Source: Vulcanimicrobiales bacterium
GTDB taxonomy: Bacteria > Vulcanimicrobiota > Vulcanimicrobiia > Vulcanimicrobiales > Vulcanimicrobiaceae
Direction: 5' to 3'
DNA length: 64,000 bases
Assembly: GCA_038215615.1 (NCBI GenBank)
Contig: JBBQQR010000011.1
Coordinates: 1 to 64,000, forward strand
The position numbers were made by a program, and so were the translations under genes. Numbering within the stretch: the first letter of the stretch is position 1; each line of letters begins with the position of its first letter. Shown in pieces: positions 19,069 to 29,558 of this stretch. The notes beneath the pieces were generated by a model. That model saw nothing but the letters and a program-made list of their open reading frames with translations. It searched no databases and was not told the DNA's origin.

Positions 19069-19580
19069 ACGACGGTCGAGCGTTTCGCGCGCCCAGAGCC
19101 GTCTATCCGGGATCGTTCGATCCGCCGACCAACGGGCATCTCGACGTCATCGAGCGCGCGGCCGGCTGTTTTGGGGAACTGATCGTCGCGGTTGTCGTCA
19201 ACCCGCAAAAGCGGGAACCCATGTTCACGCTCGAAGAGCGCGAGGCGATGATCCGGGACTGCGTCAAGAACCTGCCTAACGTGCGCGTCGAGCACTTTCG
19301 CGGTCTGCTGGCCGATTACGTGCGCGAGCAGCACGCGGCGGTCATTATCAAGGGTTTGCGGGTCGTTTCGGACTTTGAAAGCGAGATGTCGACCGCGCTT
19401 ATGAACCGGGCGCTTTCCGATGTGGACACGATGTTCCTGATGTCGGATCAACGCTACTCGTTCGTCAGCTCCAGCATCGTAAAAGAAGTCTTCTTTCTCG
19501 GCGGCGACGTTGCCGCGCTCGTGCCGGATCCGGTGATGCGGCTCATGGCGGCCAAACGCGCGACCTTGCGCACAACATAA
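19065..19580 (+). CDS. coaD: Phosphopantetheine adenylyltransferase
   Basis: YPGSFDPPTNGHLD, GLRVVSDFESE, VSSSIVKE. Confidence 0.97.
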   Translation: MNDGRAFRAPRAVYPGSFDPPTNGHLDVIERAAGCFGELIVAVVVNPQKREPMFTLEEREAMIRDCVKNLPNVRVEHFRGLLADYVREQHAAVIIKGLRVVSDFESEMSTALMNRALSDVDTMFLMSDQRYSFVSSSIVKEVFFLGGDVAALVPDPVMRLMAAKRATLRTT

Positions 19581-19592
19581 CGGAGGAAATTA

Positions 19593-20150
19593 ATGTCGGT
19601 CTATCGCGTCTTGGACAAACTGGAAACTTTCGTGCACGACGGAACGTGGCTACCCGCCGGCTATCGTATCCTCAGCGAAGAACGGCTGATGGAGTTCGTC
19701 GAAAAGGTCCGTTCTTCGCTCCCTGAAGAGATGGGGCGCGCGAAAATAATCGCGAAGGATCAAGATCGGATGCTACGCGCGGCGCAAGAAAAAGCGCAAA
19801 CGATCGTTACCGAAGCCGCGAGCAAACATGAAGAATTGCTCGACGACCACGAGATCGTGCAGCGTGCGCGGACGACCGCCGATGTCATCCTCAAAGAAGC
19901 GGAAGAACGCGCCCGTAAGGTGCGCGAAGGCGCCGACCAGTACGCGCTGCAGACACTGGGGTCGCTTGAGAACAGATTGGCCGGCGCCCTCGGTTCGATC
20001 CGCAAGGGGCGTGAGGCGCTCGCGCCGCGCGCGCAGGCTGAGCCCGCGCAGCCGATGGCTGACGCTGCAGCCAAGAGCAAACGGGCAGCGTTCGACGCTC
20101 AGGCCGCCGACGAGACGACCCAACTCGAATCGGTGGAAGTCGTTCAATAG
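19593..20150 (+). CDS. Coiled-coil protein of the type commonly found after coaD
   Basis: SD GGAGG; A.II.EA repeats; GADQYA. Confidence 0.75.
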   Translation: MSVYRVLDKLETFVHDGTWLPAGYRILSEERLMEFVEKVRSSLPEEMGRAKIIAKDQDRMLRAAQEKAQTIVTEAASKHEELLDDHEIVQRARTTADVILKEAEERARKVREGADQYALQTLGSLENRLAGALGSIRKGREALAPRAQAEPAQPMADAAAKSKRAAFDAQAADETTQLESVEVVQ

Positions 20151-20157
20151 GATTTCC

Positions 20158-21147
20158 ATGCGGGTGAGGGTCGCGCGCAACCGCGTTGCAATATACGCGG
20201 CGTTCGCGGTGCTGGCGCTCATCTGCGCCTTTGCGCCGACGCCTTACTCGCTGATTCTACCGGGACATGCGCTCGATTTGGGCGACGTGGTTTCATTATC
20301 GGGGCTTACTCCGCAAGCGCATCTGTACTTGACCGACGTACGCTTTGCGACGCGCGTGACGCCGCTTGAATTGTTGAGCGCCTTCACCCCGGGAGTGCGC
20401 GTGGTCCGGACCGACGATGTGCTGCCCCGCGGCTTTACGCCGGCGCAATACGACGACGTCGAACGCGACGCCATGAGCGAGAGCCAAACGATCGCAGCGG
20501 CGGTTGCCGAGCGTGCCGCCGGATACCGCGTGCCAGCGCCGAGAAGCCGCGTGATGATTCTGTCTTTTTCGGCCAAGTCGGATGCAGTGCACGTCCTGCG
20601 GGCGCTCGACGTCGTCACCTCGATCAATGGAACCTCCGTCGAGACCGGAGCGCGCCTCGCCGAAGTGATGCGTGGGATCGCTGCCGGGACGATCGTCACC
20701 GTCGGCGTGTTGCGTCACGGTTCGGCGCACACTGTGCGCGTGAAGACGGGCGCTTATCGCGGCCGCACCGTGCTCGGCACCTATTTGACCACGATCGTCG
20801 ACCCGCCGCGTCTGCCGGTTGCGGTCCGTTACCATCTGCCGCACGTCGCCGGAAGTTCGGGCGGCCTCATGTTTGCGCTCGAAATTTACCGTTCACTCAA
20901 GCGCGACCCGCTGCCCGCGGCACTGCGCATTGCGGGAACCGGCACGATTGCGTACGACGGAACTGTCGGTCCAATCGAAGGCGCCGCGCAAAAAATCGCC
21001 GCGGCGCGCGCCGCCGACGCCACGCTCTTCCTCGTCCCGGCGGAAAATTACGCGGAAATCAAGGACACGCCGGGGATCCACGTCGTGCCGGTCGCCTCGT
21101 TTGGCCAGGCCTTGAAAGCGGTTGCGTCCGCGACGATTCCGCAGTAA
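20158..21147 (+). CDS. YlbL-like PDZ/Lon (S16) protease
   Basis: N-terminal TM, MSESQ, PDZ, GSSGGLMFALE, IAGTGTI..DGTVGPIEG..QK. Confidence 0.85.
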   Translation: MRVRVARNRVAIYAAFAVLALICAFAPTPYSLILPGHALDLGDVVSLSGLTPQAHLYLTDVRFATRVTPLELLSAFTPGVRVVRTDDVLPRGFTPAQYDDVERDAMSESQTIAAAVAERAAGYRVPAPRSRVMILSFSAKSDAVHVLRALDVVTSINGTSVETGARLAEVMRGIAAGTIVTVGVLRHGSAHTVRVKTGAYRGRTVLGTYLTTIVDPPRLPVAVRYHLPHVAGSSGGLMFALEIYRSLKRDPLPAALRIAGTGTIAYDGTVGPIEGAAQKIAAARAADATLFLVPAENYAEIKDTPGIHVVPVASFGQALKAVASATIPQ

Positions 21148-21153
21148 GGGCTC

Positions 21154-22101
21154 CTAGACCGGCGGCGCCTGGACGTTTTGGGCGAAGGCTTCCAACTTCG
21201 CGCGATCGATCGCTTTCACGCGCCCGCGATCGAGTTCGACCGCGCCCGCGTTCTTAAGCCGCAACAGTGCGCGTGCGGCCATGTCGCGTACGGTGCCGGC
21301 CGCCGCCGCAATCTGAGCCTGGGAAAGATTTTCGACGCCGGGAAGTCCGCGCGTCATTCCGACCGAAGCTCGCGCATAACCGAGCAGGAACTTGGCAACT
21401 CGCTGCAAGACGTGGGCGAACGCCAAATCGGCGATCGTATCGATCGAACGGCGACGCGCCTGCGAGGCTTCCGATAGAAAACCAAGAGCCAGCTCGGCAT
21501 CATTGCGGCAGGCGTGCAAGACGGCTTCGCTCGCTATAGTAAAAATTGTGGCATCGGTGAGTGCCTCGGTGCGCGTCGTCGCTCCGCCTTGGTCGAACGT
21601 GCCGCTGTCGTTGAGCGTATCGTGCGTCAGCCGCTCGCCGAGAGTATGCGTTTTTCCGTCAGGCGAGAGCAGCGTCAGGATCACTTTGCCGGATTTCACG
21701 ATGCCCAGATATGGCCAGACTTCGCCTTCGTCAAAAATCGTCTCGCCCGCGCGGTACGTTCGCTCGGTCATTTGCCGGGCCAAATCGCGCAGCGTTGCGG
21801 CTTTGGCACTTCCAAAAGGCGCGACGTGCTGCAGCAGCGCTTCGGGTTCGGCGTTTTCGTCGATGCGCTCCACCCGAATCGTCCAGCGGTTCGAGCCGAG
21901 GTTGCGCGCGTCCCACGAAAATTTTCCCGGCCGCAGCTGCGCGAGTTCGTTACGCAGCGCGCGCGGATCGGTTTCCTCGTTGAGCTCAAGGATCGCGTTG
22001 AGGGCGAGCTTGTCGAACGCCTCGAGAATCTGTTCGGTGCGGGTTGCGGGCTGCAAAGCGCGGGCGTCCATCGTAATCGTCGCGGGCCTATTCATTGGCA
22101 T
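21154..22101 (-). CDS. Crp/Fnr-family regulator with N-terminal DUF2249-like domain
   Basis: DARALQPATR..QILEAFDKL...DPRAL domain; cNMP-binding domain; SQAQIAAAAGTVRD HTH. Confidence 0.85.
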   Translation of the reverse strand: MPMNRPATITMDARALQPATRTEQILEAFDKLALNAILELNEETDPRALRNELAQLRPGKFSWDARNLGSNRWTIRVERIDENAEPEALLQHVAPFGSAKAATLRDLARQMTERTYRAGETIFDEGEVWPYLGIVKSGKVILTLLSPDGKTHTLGERLTHDTLNDSGTFDQGGATTRTEALTDATIFTIASEAVLHACRNDAELALGFLSEASQARRRSIDTIADLAFAHVLQRVAKFLLGYARASVGMTRGLPGVENLSQAQIAAAAGTVRDMAARALLRLKNAGAVELDRGRVKAIDRAKLEAFAQNVQAPPV

Positions 22102-22175
22102 CGGGCCTCTGATTTGGGGGTTTTACGGCGGTCGCCTGCAAGGGCGCCGGTTCCCCACCGTTGTAGGCTGGCACG

Positions 22176-23378
22176 GTGACTGAAAACGATGTCGTGGTTC
22201 TGGCCGGCGCAAGGACGCCTTTCGGCAACTTCGGCGGCGCGTTAGCCGAGCTCACCGCGACCGACCTTGCGGTCGCGGCGGCGGAAGGGGCGATCGCGCG
22301 CAGCGGAATTCCGAAAGATCGCATCGACGACGTTGTGTTCGGCAACGTCATGCAAACGAGTGCGGACGCGATCTACCTTGCCCGGCATGCCGCCTTACGC
22401 GCCGGCATTCCGATCGGCGTGCCGGCGCTCACCCTCAACCGCTTGTGCGGCAGCGGCCTGCAGGCAATTCTCACTGCGGCGAATTCCTTGAGGCTCGGGC
22501 AGAGCACTTATGCGCTTGCCGGGGGCACCGAATCGATGAGTCAGGCGCCGCACGTTGTGCGCGGCGCGCGCAAAGGCTTCCCGCTGGGCGCGGGCGCGAA
22601 ATTTGAAGATACCTTATGGGAGGCGCTCACCGATTCGTACAACGGCTTGCCGATGGCGATAACCGCCGAAAATCTCGCCGAACGTTACGCCATCGCTCGT
22701 GAAGCCTGCGATGAATTCGCGCTGCGTTCGCAAGGGCGCTCGCTCGGCGCACAGAGCGACGGATATTTCGGCGAAGAAATCGTGGCTGTGCAAACGCGGG
22801 GCGCCAAAGGGCAGCCGCTCTCTGTAGAAAAGGACGAAGGTCCGCGCGCCGGCCTTTCTATGGAGAAACTTGCCAAGTTACCGCCGCGATTTCGCAAAGA
22901 CGGCGTCGTGACTCCCGGAAACGCGAGCGGCATTACCGACGGAGCTGCGGCCGTCGTACTCACGACTGCGCGGCAAGCGAAGGCGGCCGGGCTGAGTTGG
23001 ATCGGCAGGCTCGTTGGTTTCAGCGTGGTCGGCGTCGATCCGGACATCATGGGAATCGGACCGGCCGTCGCTATTCCTAAAGCCTTGGCCGGCGCCGGCA
23101 TCAAGCGTAACGATGTCGCGGTGATCGAAATCAACGAGGCATTCGCGCCGCAAGTGCTCGCGTGCCTGAAAGAGATGAGTTACGACGCCCAGTTCACCGA
23201 TGAGCGGCTCAATCCGCACGGCGGCGCGATCGCGCTCGGGCATCCGCTCGGTGCGTCCGGAGCACGGCTGGCATACACCGCGTTGCACCACTTGCGGCTT
23301 GGCGGCGGCGGATATGCAGTAGCCTCCGCATGCATCGGGGGCGGTCAAGGTATCGCCGCGGTTTTCAGCTCTGAATGA
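22176..23378 (+). CDS. Acetyl-CoA C-acyltransferase (thiolase)
   Basis: NRLCGSG, NEAFA, GGAIALGHPLGASG, CIGGGQG. Confidence 0.96.
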   Translation: MTENDVVVLAGARTPFGNFGGALAELTATDLAVAAAEGAIARSGIPKDRIDDVVFGNVMQTSADAIYLARHAALRAGIPIGVPALTLNRLCGSGLQAILTAANSLRLGQSTYALAGGTESMSQAPHVVRGARKGFPLGAGAKFEDTLWEALTDSYNGLPMAITAENLAERYAIAREACDEFALRSQGRSLGAQSDGYFGEEIVAVQTRGAKGQPLSVEKDEGPRAGLSMEKLAKLPPRFRKDGVVTPGNASGITDGAAAVVLTTARQAKAAGLSWIGRLVGFSVVGVDPDIMGIGPAVAIPKALAGAGIKRNDVAVIEINEAFAPQVLACLKEMSYDAQFTDERLNPHGGAIALGHPLGASGARLAYTALHHLRLGGGGYAVASACIGGGQGIAAVFSSE

Positions 23379-23905
23379 ATCTCTTGCGGCGCTTTGCAAG
23401 TGTGCGGCTGATTTTCGATGTACTGGCCATCGCGTTGGTGGCATTTATCGCTTACCGCTTGCTGCTTGCGCCGCGCTCGCTGCCCGAGAGCGCCGCTTAT
23501 CCGGCACCCGCGGTGCATTTCCAAGCGCTCTCCGGCGCGCCGTTCGCTCTAGAGAGGTTGCGCGGTCACGTCGTCTTTCTGGAATTCTATGCCTCGTGGT
23601 GCACGCCGTGCCGCATTTCGCTGCCGCTGGTCGAGTCGTTCGCTCGCACGCATCCGCAAGTGCGGGTCATTCCGGTGGACGTCGGCGAGCCGCGCGAGCT
23701 GGCTGTGGCTTTTGCGCGGCAATACTCACTGACCAACGTCGTTATCGATCCGCCGGCGCTTTCGCGCGGCTTCTTTCAGTTGCAGGGGTTTCCAACGATG
23801 GTCGTGATCGATGCGCACGGCCGCATTCGCGCGACGTGGGAGGGACTCAATCCCGCGATCCAGCTGAACATGGCCCACGCGGCCAAGACGCTGGCGCTAC
23901 TCTAA
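23375..23905 (+). CDS. TlpA-family thiol-disulfide oxidoreductase
   Basis: N-terminal TM; FYASWCTPC; GFPT. Confidence 0.9.
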   Translation: MNLLRRFASVRLIFDVLAIALVAFIAYRLLLAPRSLPESAAYPAPAVHFQALSGAPFALERLRGHVVFLEFYASWCTPCRISLPLVESFARTHPQVRVIPVDVGEPRELAVAFARQYSLTNVVIDPPALSRGFFQLQGFPTMVVIDAHGRIRATWEGLNPAIQLNMAHAAKTLALL

Positions 23906-24876
23906 GGCCAATTTCCGTCGATTTCGGCCATCAGTGTCTGGCCGGGTGTTACCGTGAAGCCGGGCAATTTGTAGTGCAACACGTTGTCGAACGGTTTGGC
24001 GTAGACCGGTCCAATCGGTTCTCGGGCAAACCCGATGGTCAAATCGTAATTCAGCGTATCGTCAAGCACGAATGGAAACCAAATGTCGATGGTTGTGCCC
24101 GGCGCGAACGTCACGGGTTTGTCGCCGTCAATCGTCAGATCGAAATACAGAACCGACGTTGAGATAAATCGCAGCGTCGTGCGGTAGGGGATGATCTCTG
24201 CTTGCGTCGGCGGCCGCGCGTACGGAATATGGAAGAAGGCATTACGCGCATTGTTCTCCGCGTACCGGACGGCAATTTCGTAACCCGACGTGTCGGAGCG
24301 AAAACTATCCAAAGATGCACCCGCCGCTTCAAGCTGCTGAATGGCTTGGAAGTGATAGTACGCCGTGAAGCATCGAGGCCGTACAAGAACATTAGGCCCC
24401 ACGCGGATGGGGGCGGCGGCCGAGAGATGGCTGCGGACGTCGCCGTTGTGCGCAGCGGCGGCCGAGACCAGCTCGGCCGGCAGACCGTAGCTCAACAGGG
24501 AAGCGGGCGTAGGGTCGCTGTCCCACTGCCTCACGGTTCCGGAAAGAGGGTACGCAGTCGTCGCGGCATCCCAGCAGCTTCCGACCAAATAGATGTCCAT
24601 TGCATCCCACCAGCGGTCGTACTGACGAATTAGGCCCATCACGCCATGACTGGTTCCGATGTCCCATGACAGAAGCGCCGCGTCCTTGACCGCGACGACA
24701 TCGGAGATGCGAACCGCGGCCGGATCGACCTTATACCGCCGCGCGGTATGGGCGAGAAGCCGCTGAGCAGCAAAATGCAACTCGCGAACGTCGCCGCGTG
24801 GCCCAAAATCGTCGGCGCGCGCGAAACCGGACGCCGCCGCAATCAGCGCCACCCAGAGAAGGATCCGTACCTTAAT
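23902..24876 (-). CDS. Secreted hypothetical protein (start uncertain: ATT 24876 or GTG 24852)
   Basis: Long ORF filling the gap between genes; signal-peptide-like KVRILLWVALIAAASGFARA. Confidence 0.65.
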   Translation of the reverse strand: MKVRILLWVALIAAASGFARADDFGPRGDVRELHFAAQRLLAHTARRYKVDPAAVRISDVVAVKDAALLSWDIGTSHGVMGLIRQYDRWWDAMDIYLVGSCWDAATTAYPLSGTVRQWDSDPTPASLLSYGLPAELVSAAAAHNGDVRSHLSAAAPIRVGPNVLVRPRCFTAYYHFQAIQQLEAAGASLDSFRSDTSGYEIAVRYAENNARNAFFHIPYARPPTQAEIIPYRTTLRFISTSVLYFDLTIDGDKPVTFAPGTTIDIWFPFVLDDTLNYDLTIGFAREPIGPVYAKPFDNVLHYKLPGFTVTPGQTLMAEIDGNWP

Positions 24877-25666
24877 TGCCGCTCCAGTCCGGTTTGCGCT
24901 TTTCAAGAAACGCACTGGTGCCTTCCTTAAAGTCTTTAGTACCGACGAGCGTACCGAACTCGACCGATTCCAGCTCGAGGGCATCGGCGATCGATAAATG
25001 CGCGCCCGCGTTGATGGCGCGTTTCGTTCCTTCGATCGCCAGCGGAGCTTTGGTCGCGATGACGTTGGCGATGCGCTTGGCTTCCTCGAGCAATTGGGCT
25101 TGCGGTACAACCTTTTGCACGAGTCCGATGCGCAGCGCTTCCTGCGCGTCGATCGTCTCGCCGGTTAGGCACATGTACATGGCCATGCCTTTTCCAACGA
25201 GCCGCGTGGTGCGTTGTGACCCGCCGTACCCCGGCATTAACCCCAGGTTCACTTCGGGTTGACCGAATTTTGCGTTCTCGCTTGCGATCAGGATGTCGCC
25301 TGCCATAGCGAGCTCGCAGCCGCCGCCGAGTGCGAACCCATTGACGGCCATGATGACCGGTTTCTTCATGCGTTCGATTTGCAGCGTAACGGCTTGTCCG
25401 CTGCGCGCTTTTGTCGCGCCCTGAAAAGGACTGCGCAGCGCATTGAGCTCGGCAATGTCGGCGCCTGCGGCGAATGCTTTGCTGCCCGACCCGGTGATGA
25501 TGAGCACGCGGACGCTTGCGTCGCCGTCCAGCGTTTTGAGCGAGCTCGAGAGTTTCGCAAGCAGCTCTGCGTTCAGCGCGTTGAGGACTTGCGGCCGGTT
25601 AAGCGTCAGAACGGCGATCGCGCCGTCTCGTTCGATTGCGACCGGTTCGGCGGTTGGAGGGTTCAC
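24872..25666 (-). CDS. Enoyl-CoA hydratase (crotonase)
   Basis: NRPQVLNAL, AFAAGADI, GFALGGGCE, FGQPEVNLG. Confidence 0.95.
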   Translation of the reverse strand: MNPPTAEPVAIERDGAIAVLTLNRPQVLNALNAELLAKLSSSLKTLDGDASVRVLIITGSGSKAFAAGADIAELNALRSPFQGATKARSGQAVTLQIERMKKPVIMAVNGFALGGGCELAMAGDILIASENAKFGQPEVNLGLMPGYGGSQRTTRLVGKGMAMYMCLTGETIDAQEALRIGLVQKVVPQAQLLEEAKRIANVIATKAPLAIEGTKRAINAGAHLSIADALELESVEFGTLVGTKDFKEGTSAFLEKRKPDWSGN

Positions 25667-25720
25667 GGCCTGAAAAATTGTCTAATTGCGTGCTTGGAAC
25701 CTTGCGGTTATACTGTACAG

Positions 25721-26356
25721 ATGCGTACCGCATATCACGAGGCGCTCGAATCAACTCGCCTCGACGTCGTCCGGCTCGGCGCTTTGGCCGGCGATGCCAT
25801 ACGCATCGCAGTCGAAGCATTGGAGAAACGCGACAGTTCCGCAGCGGCGCGCGTCATCGCCGGAGACGACGCCATCGACGATCTACGCCGCAAGATCGAA
25901 GCCTCGTGCATCGAACTGATCTGGCGTCAGCAGCCCGTTGCGGGCGAGCTTCGCGAAATCGCGGCGATGCTGGAAATCGCTACCGATCTCGAACGGATCG
26001 GTGATTACGGCGTAGACATTGCCAAGCACGCCATAAAACTTGCCGAGGTAACGCTGCGTCCGGTCCGCGTGGAGATCGATCGTATTGCCGAGCTGGCGAT
26101 CGCGACACTTGTGGGCGCGATGCGCGCGTACACCGAGCGCGACGCGGAACTGGCCTCGCGCGTTATCGACGAGGACGACGAAGTCGACCGGCAGTATAAG
26201 CGCAGCGTGCGCGCGCTGGAACAAGAGATGCAGGCCGATCCGGAAATGGTACCTGCGGGAGCGCGCATTTTGTTCGTGCTCGCAGAGCTCGAACGCGTCG
26301 GCGATCGCGCGAACAACATCGCTTGGCATACAAAGGAAATGATCGGCGACGCTTGA
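25721..26356 (+). CDS. phoU: Phosphate signalling protein PhoU
   Basis: Two E..D/ERIGD repeats (DLERIGD, ELERVGD), QQPVAGELR. Confidence 0.93.
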   Translation: MRTAYHEALESTRLDVVRLGALAGDAIRIAVEALEKRDSSAAARVIAGDDAIDDLRRKIEASCIELIWRQQPVAGELREIAAMLEIATDLERIGDYGVDIAKHAIKLAEVTLRPVRVEIDRIAELAIATLVGAMRAYTERDAELASRVIDEDDEVDRQYKRSVRALEQEMQADPEMVPAGARILFVLAELERVGDRANNIAWHTKEMIGDA

Positions 26357-27495
26357 CGCCCCCGCTTCCGCGCGAGCTCTTCGCCGTAACCCGTTCCTCC
26401 AAATATTTCAATCACGCCGCAGTCGGCGTTCTTCCCCAACCCACGCGGCAGGCGCTCCAAGAGTTTATTGACTCGCACGCGGAGGCGGGCGTGCTCGGCG
26501 TCTTTCCTTACGAACGGAATATGCCGGCATACCGCGCGCGCATCGGGGCGTTTATCGGCGCACGCCCGGGGGAGATCGCGATTTTGCGCAACACCGGGGA
26601 CGGCGCCAATGCGCTAAGCGGAGGTTATCCTTGGGAAGAAGGCGACGAGCTCATTCTGCCCGACGATGAGTTTCCCGCAAACGTCCAGCCGTGGCTGCCG
26701 CTGCGTAAGCGCGGCGTGAACATACGCTTTGTCGAAACGCTCAAGGGCCGGATGACGCCCGACGTTTTGCGCGCGCACATCACTTCACGCACGAAGATCG
26801 TCACGGTTTCGTGGGTGTCATTCCAGGATGGATATCGGCACGACCTCGCCGGCCTGGCCGAAGTCGCGCACGGCGTGGGCGCGCTCTTTTGCGTCGACGC
26901 GATCCAGGGCTTGGGCGCATTTCCGCTGGACGTGCAAGCGTGCGGAATTGACGCGCTCTATGCCGGTGGCGCGAAATGGCTGCTCGCTTTGCAAGGCGTG
27001 AGTTTTTTGTATCTGCGCGCGGAGCTGCTCGACCGCATTGGGACCGCTTCGCCGGGCTGGCGTTCGACTGCCGACATGTGGGACTTTCTGGACTACGGGC
27101 AGCCCTACGTTGAGGACGTCACGCGCTTTGAAGGCGGCACGCCGAACTTCATCGGCGCGCTCTCGCTGGCCGAATCCGTGGCGGTTATCGAGGCGGCTGG
27201 AACTTCGCGCGTCTCGGCGCACGTTCTCGGGCTGACGGACCGGCTCGTCGAGAGACTGCATCGCGCGGGCGCGCACGTTGCGAGCGTTCGAAGCGCAACG
27301 GAGTCCTCGGGCATAGTGACCTTTTCGTTTCCGGATACTGATCCGGTGGCACTGGGGAAGCATCTGCAAAAGGAAGGCTTCGTGACGACGTATCGCCCTA
27401 CAGGGATTCGTGTTGCGCCGCACGGCTATAATACCGCTGAAGAAATCGACGCGTTCGCCGATGCTATCGCGGCGTATCGAATGGAGAAAAATTGA
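26353..27495 (+). CDS. Class V PLP aminotransferase (cysteine desulfurase/IPN-epimerase-like)
   Basis: YFNHAA, EFPAN, VDAIQGLG, GGAKWLL, RFEGGT. Confidence 0.9.
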   Translation: MTPPLPRELFAVTRSSKYFNHAAVGVLPQPTRQALQEFIDSHAEAGVLGVFPYERNMPAYRARIGAFIGARPGEIAILRNTGDGANALSGGYPWEEGDELILPDDEFPANVQPWLPLRKRGVNIRFVETLKGRMTPDVLRAHITSRTKIVTVSWVSFQDGYRHDLAGLAEVAHGVGALFCVDAIQGLGAFPLDVQACGIDALYAGGAKWLLALQGVSFLYLRAELLDRIGTASPGWRSTADMWDFLDYGQPYVEDVTRFEGGTPNFIGALSLAESVAVIEAAGTSRVSAHVLGLTDRLVERLHRAGAHVASVRSATESSGIVTFSFPDTDPVALGKHLQKEGFVTTYRPTGIRVAPHGYNTAEEIDAFADAIAAYRMEKN

Positions 27496-28151
27496 TGCTG
27501 GCACTGGTTTTTGTTCTTGCAGCCGCAGCGGCTCCCGCGACGCCGGCCGATGGTGCATACACGTACACGGTTTCCGTCGGCGGCGCATCGGCCGGAAAAA
27601 CGACGATTCAATTAACGCACACGGCCGGCGGTGTCCAACTCACCGAAGCGGCTTCAGCCAGTTACGGCGGAGCCGATTTTGCCGGCACTTCTACGTTGGA
27701 TCTGGACGAAAAGCTGGCGCCCGCGGGTTACACTGCCGTGTACAGTCCGCCGGGCCGAACGGTCCACGCGTCGCTTACCTTCAAGGGAAAGACGGCGAAC
27801 GAGAGCGCGGATAACGGCAACATGGCCTTCACGCTTGGGCCAAACACCAAAAACTTCGCAGTGCTCGACGGCACGATGTTTGCCGGATTCTTCATCTTGC
27901 CGGCGCAGTTGCGCGCCTGGAGCACGCAGTCTTTTACGGCGGTCTCGCCCATGTTCGGGCACGGCGGTGCAATCGCGCTCGACGCCGCGCTCAAAGCGGA
28001 TCGGCCCAAGGATGTGCCGGCCGCTGATTTGCCGCTCTCCGTGAGCGACCCGGTCGAGTTTACGCTTTGGTACGATCCGGCGACGCTCATCGTCGACGAG
28101 TTGGTCGTGCCGCAACAAGACGCCACCTACTCGCGGCTACGCGCGCGTTAG
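27492..28151 (+). CDS. Secreted hypothetical protein
   Basis: Signal peptide, beta-rich; SD GGAG. Confidence 0.7.
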   Translation: MMLALVFVLAAAAAPATPADGAYTYTVSVGGASAGKTTIQLTHTAGGVQLTEAASASYGGADFAGTSTLDLDEKLAPAGYTAVYSPPGRTVHASLTFKGKTANESADNGNMAFTLGPNTKNFAVLDGTMFAGFFILPAQLRAWSTQSFTAVSPMFGHGGAIALDAALKADRPKDVPAADLPLSVSDPVEFTLWYDPATLIVDELVVPQQDATYSRLRAR

Positions 28152-28955
28152 GAGCAGCTCCGAATAGGATTGGGTGAGCAGCGCCTCCGAATTGCATGCC
28201 ACAGGGCGCCTGCGGCGCGAGTCCAAACGCTGCACGCTGAATCCCCACTCCGCAAAGCGCCGCAGCTCCCCGGCGGGATCGTAACCCGCTTCGCGCAGAA
28301 ACGATGGGCAAAACTCGATCATCAGCATGAGCGGCTGCGATCTATCTCCAAAAAGTTTGGTGCCGCCGTTGAGTATCCAGGTCTCGGCGCCTTCCGCATC
28401 GATTTTCACGAAATCGAACGTCCGTCCGAGCTGATCGAGCAGGGCATCGACGGTGGTGACCACTACGGTGAGCGCTTCGCGTTCGGTTTCGCGAAGTTGC
28501 GGAATCTGCTGGAGATCGGCGACGAGCGTTCCTCCGCCCCTGTGTCGCTGCGCGCGGCGGAATTGTGCCGAACCCGGACTTTCGCCGACGGCGCGGCGAT
28601 CGACGGTAACGCGCGCGCCAAAGCCGTTGATCTCAACGTTATCTTCGGCGATCTGCGCGAGTTCGGGGTCGCATTCGAACGCATAAACCGAACCGGACGG
28701 TCCCGTCAAGTGCGCCATCAGAAGCGTAAAATAGCCGACGTTCGCGCCTACTTCAAGCACGCGCATCCCGCGCTTGAGGACGCGGCGCAGTGTCGCTTCC
28801 GTCCACTCTTCCCACACGCCGTCGAGGATGATGTGCGGGGAAATGCACACGTCGTTGGCGGCGACGTACATCTTTAAACCGCCGGCGGTGCGCGTCAATA
28901 CGCGGCCTCCACCGACATACGTGCCGGGCGTACGTGACATGACCATCGCTTGCAC
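28137..28955 (-). CDS. FkbM family methyltransferase
   Basis: EVGANVGYF, AFE, KIDAEGAE. Confidence 0.9.
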   Translation of the reverse strand: MQAMVMSRTPGTYVGGGRVLTRTAGGLKMYVAANDVCISPHIILDGVWEEWTEATLRRVLKRGMRVLEVGANVGYFTLLMAHLTGPSGSVYAFECDPELAQIAEDNVEINGFGARVTVDRRAVGESPGSAQFRRAQRHRGGGTLVADLQQIPQLRETEREALTVVVTTVDALLDQLGRTFDFVKIDAEGAETWILNGGTKLFGDRSQPLMLMIEFCPSFLREAGYDPAGELRRFAEWGFSVQRLDSRRRRPVACNSEALLTQSYSELLLTRA

Positions 28956-29026
28956 GCGATTTTCGGCCGTTCCTGGCAGGAGCGGGCGCGCAATCTGCGC
29001 ACGTACTAGCGCATCGGAGGTAGCTC

Positions 29027-29533
29027 ATGAAGAAACTCGCGCTTGTTTTTGTAGCCCTTTTTGCGTTTAGCCTCGGGCTCTTGGGCTCCAAGCTCGTCTT
29101 GAAGCCCGCGGCGGCGTCCGCGCCGGCGGTGCCGTCGGCGGGCTGGACGCTGCATATCGATGCGCTCAAACATTTGGGATCGGGCCATCCCACCCAGGTA
29201 GCTCACCATTGGTGCAAAGCGGTAGCCGGCGGTTTGCTCGAGTGTCAGATCTATGACTCAGATGCTGCCAGTGCGCGTCTGATCGAGATCGAAACGATCG
29301 TTCCGGCGGCTGTCTACAAAGCGTTTTCAAAATCCGAGCAGGCGTTGTGGCATTACCACCGCACGGAAATTCCGAACGTGAGCGCAACGCTGCCGGGTAT
29401 GCCGGTCGCACTGCAAAAGAAAGTGGTCGCCTCGCTGCTCGAAACCTACGGCAAGCTGTGGATGCTCTGGAATCCGCTCGACACGACAGGCGGCTGGCCG
29501 ACGGGAAAGCCGGCGGTCATCATTTTAAAGTAG
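29027..29533 (+). CDS. Exported DUF1264/OBAP-like protein
   Basis: Signal peptide; AHHWC, CQIYDS, LIEIE, LWHYHRTEI, TYGK. Confidence 0.8.
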   Translation: MKKLALVFVALFAFSLGLLGSKLVLKPAAASAPAVPSAGWTLHIDALKHLGSGHPTQVAHHWCKAVAGGLLECQIYDSDAASARLIEIETIVPAAVYKAFSKSEQALWHYHRTEIPNVSATLPGMPVALQKKVVASLLETYGKLWMLWNPLDTTGGWPTGKPAVIILK

Positions 29534-29558
29534 AGGAATGAGCGGAGTAAACAAAATG

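Noticed and set aside
26353..29533. Aminotransferase, FkbM and DUF1264 genes as tailoring enzymes for the ATP-grasp locus
   Set aside because: Mixed orientations and a terminator separate them from the ligase; no evidence of one cluster
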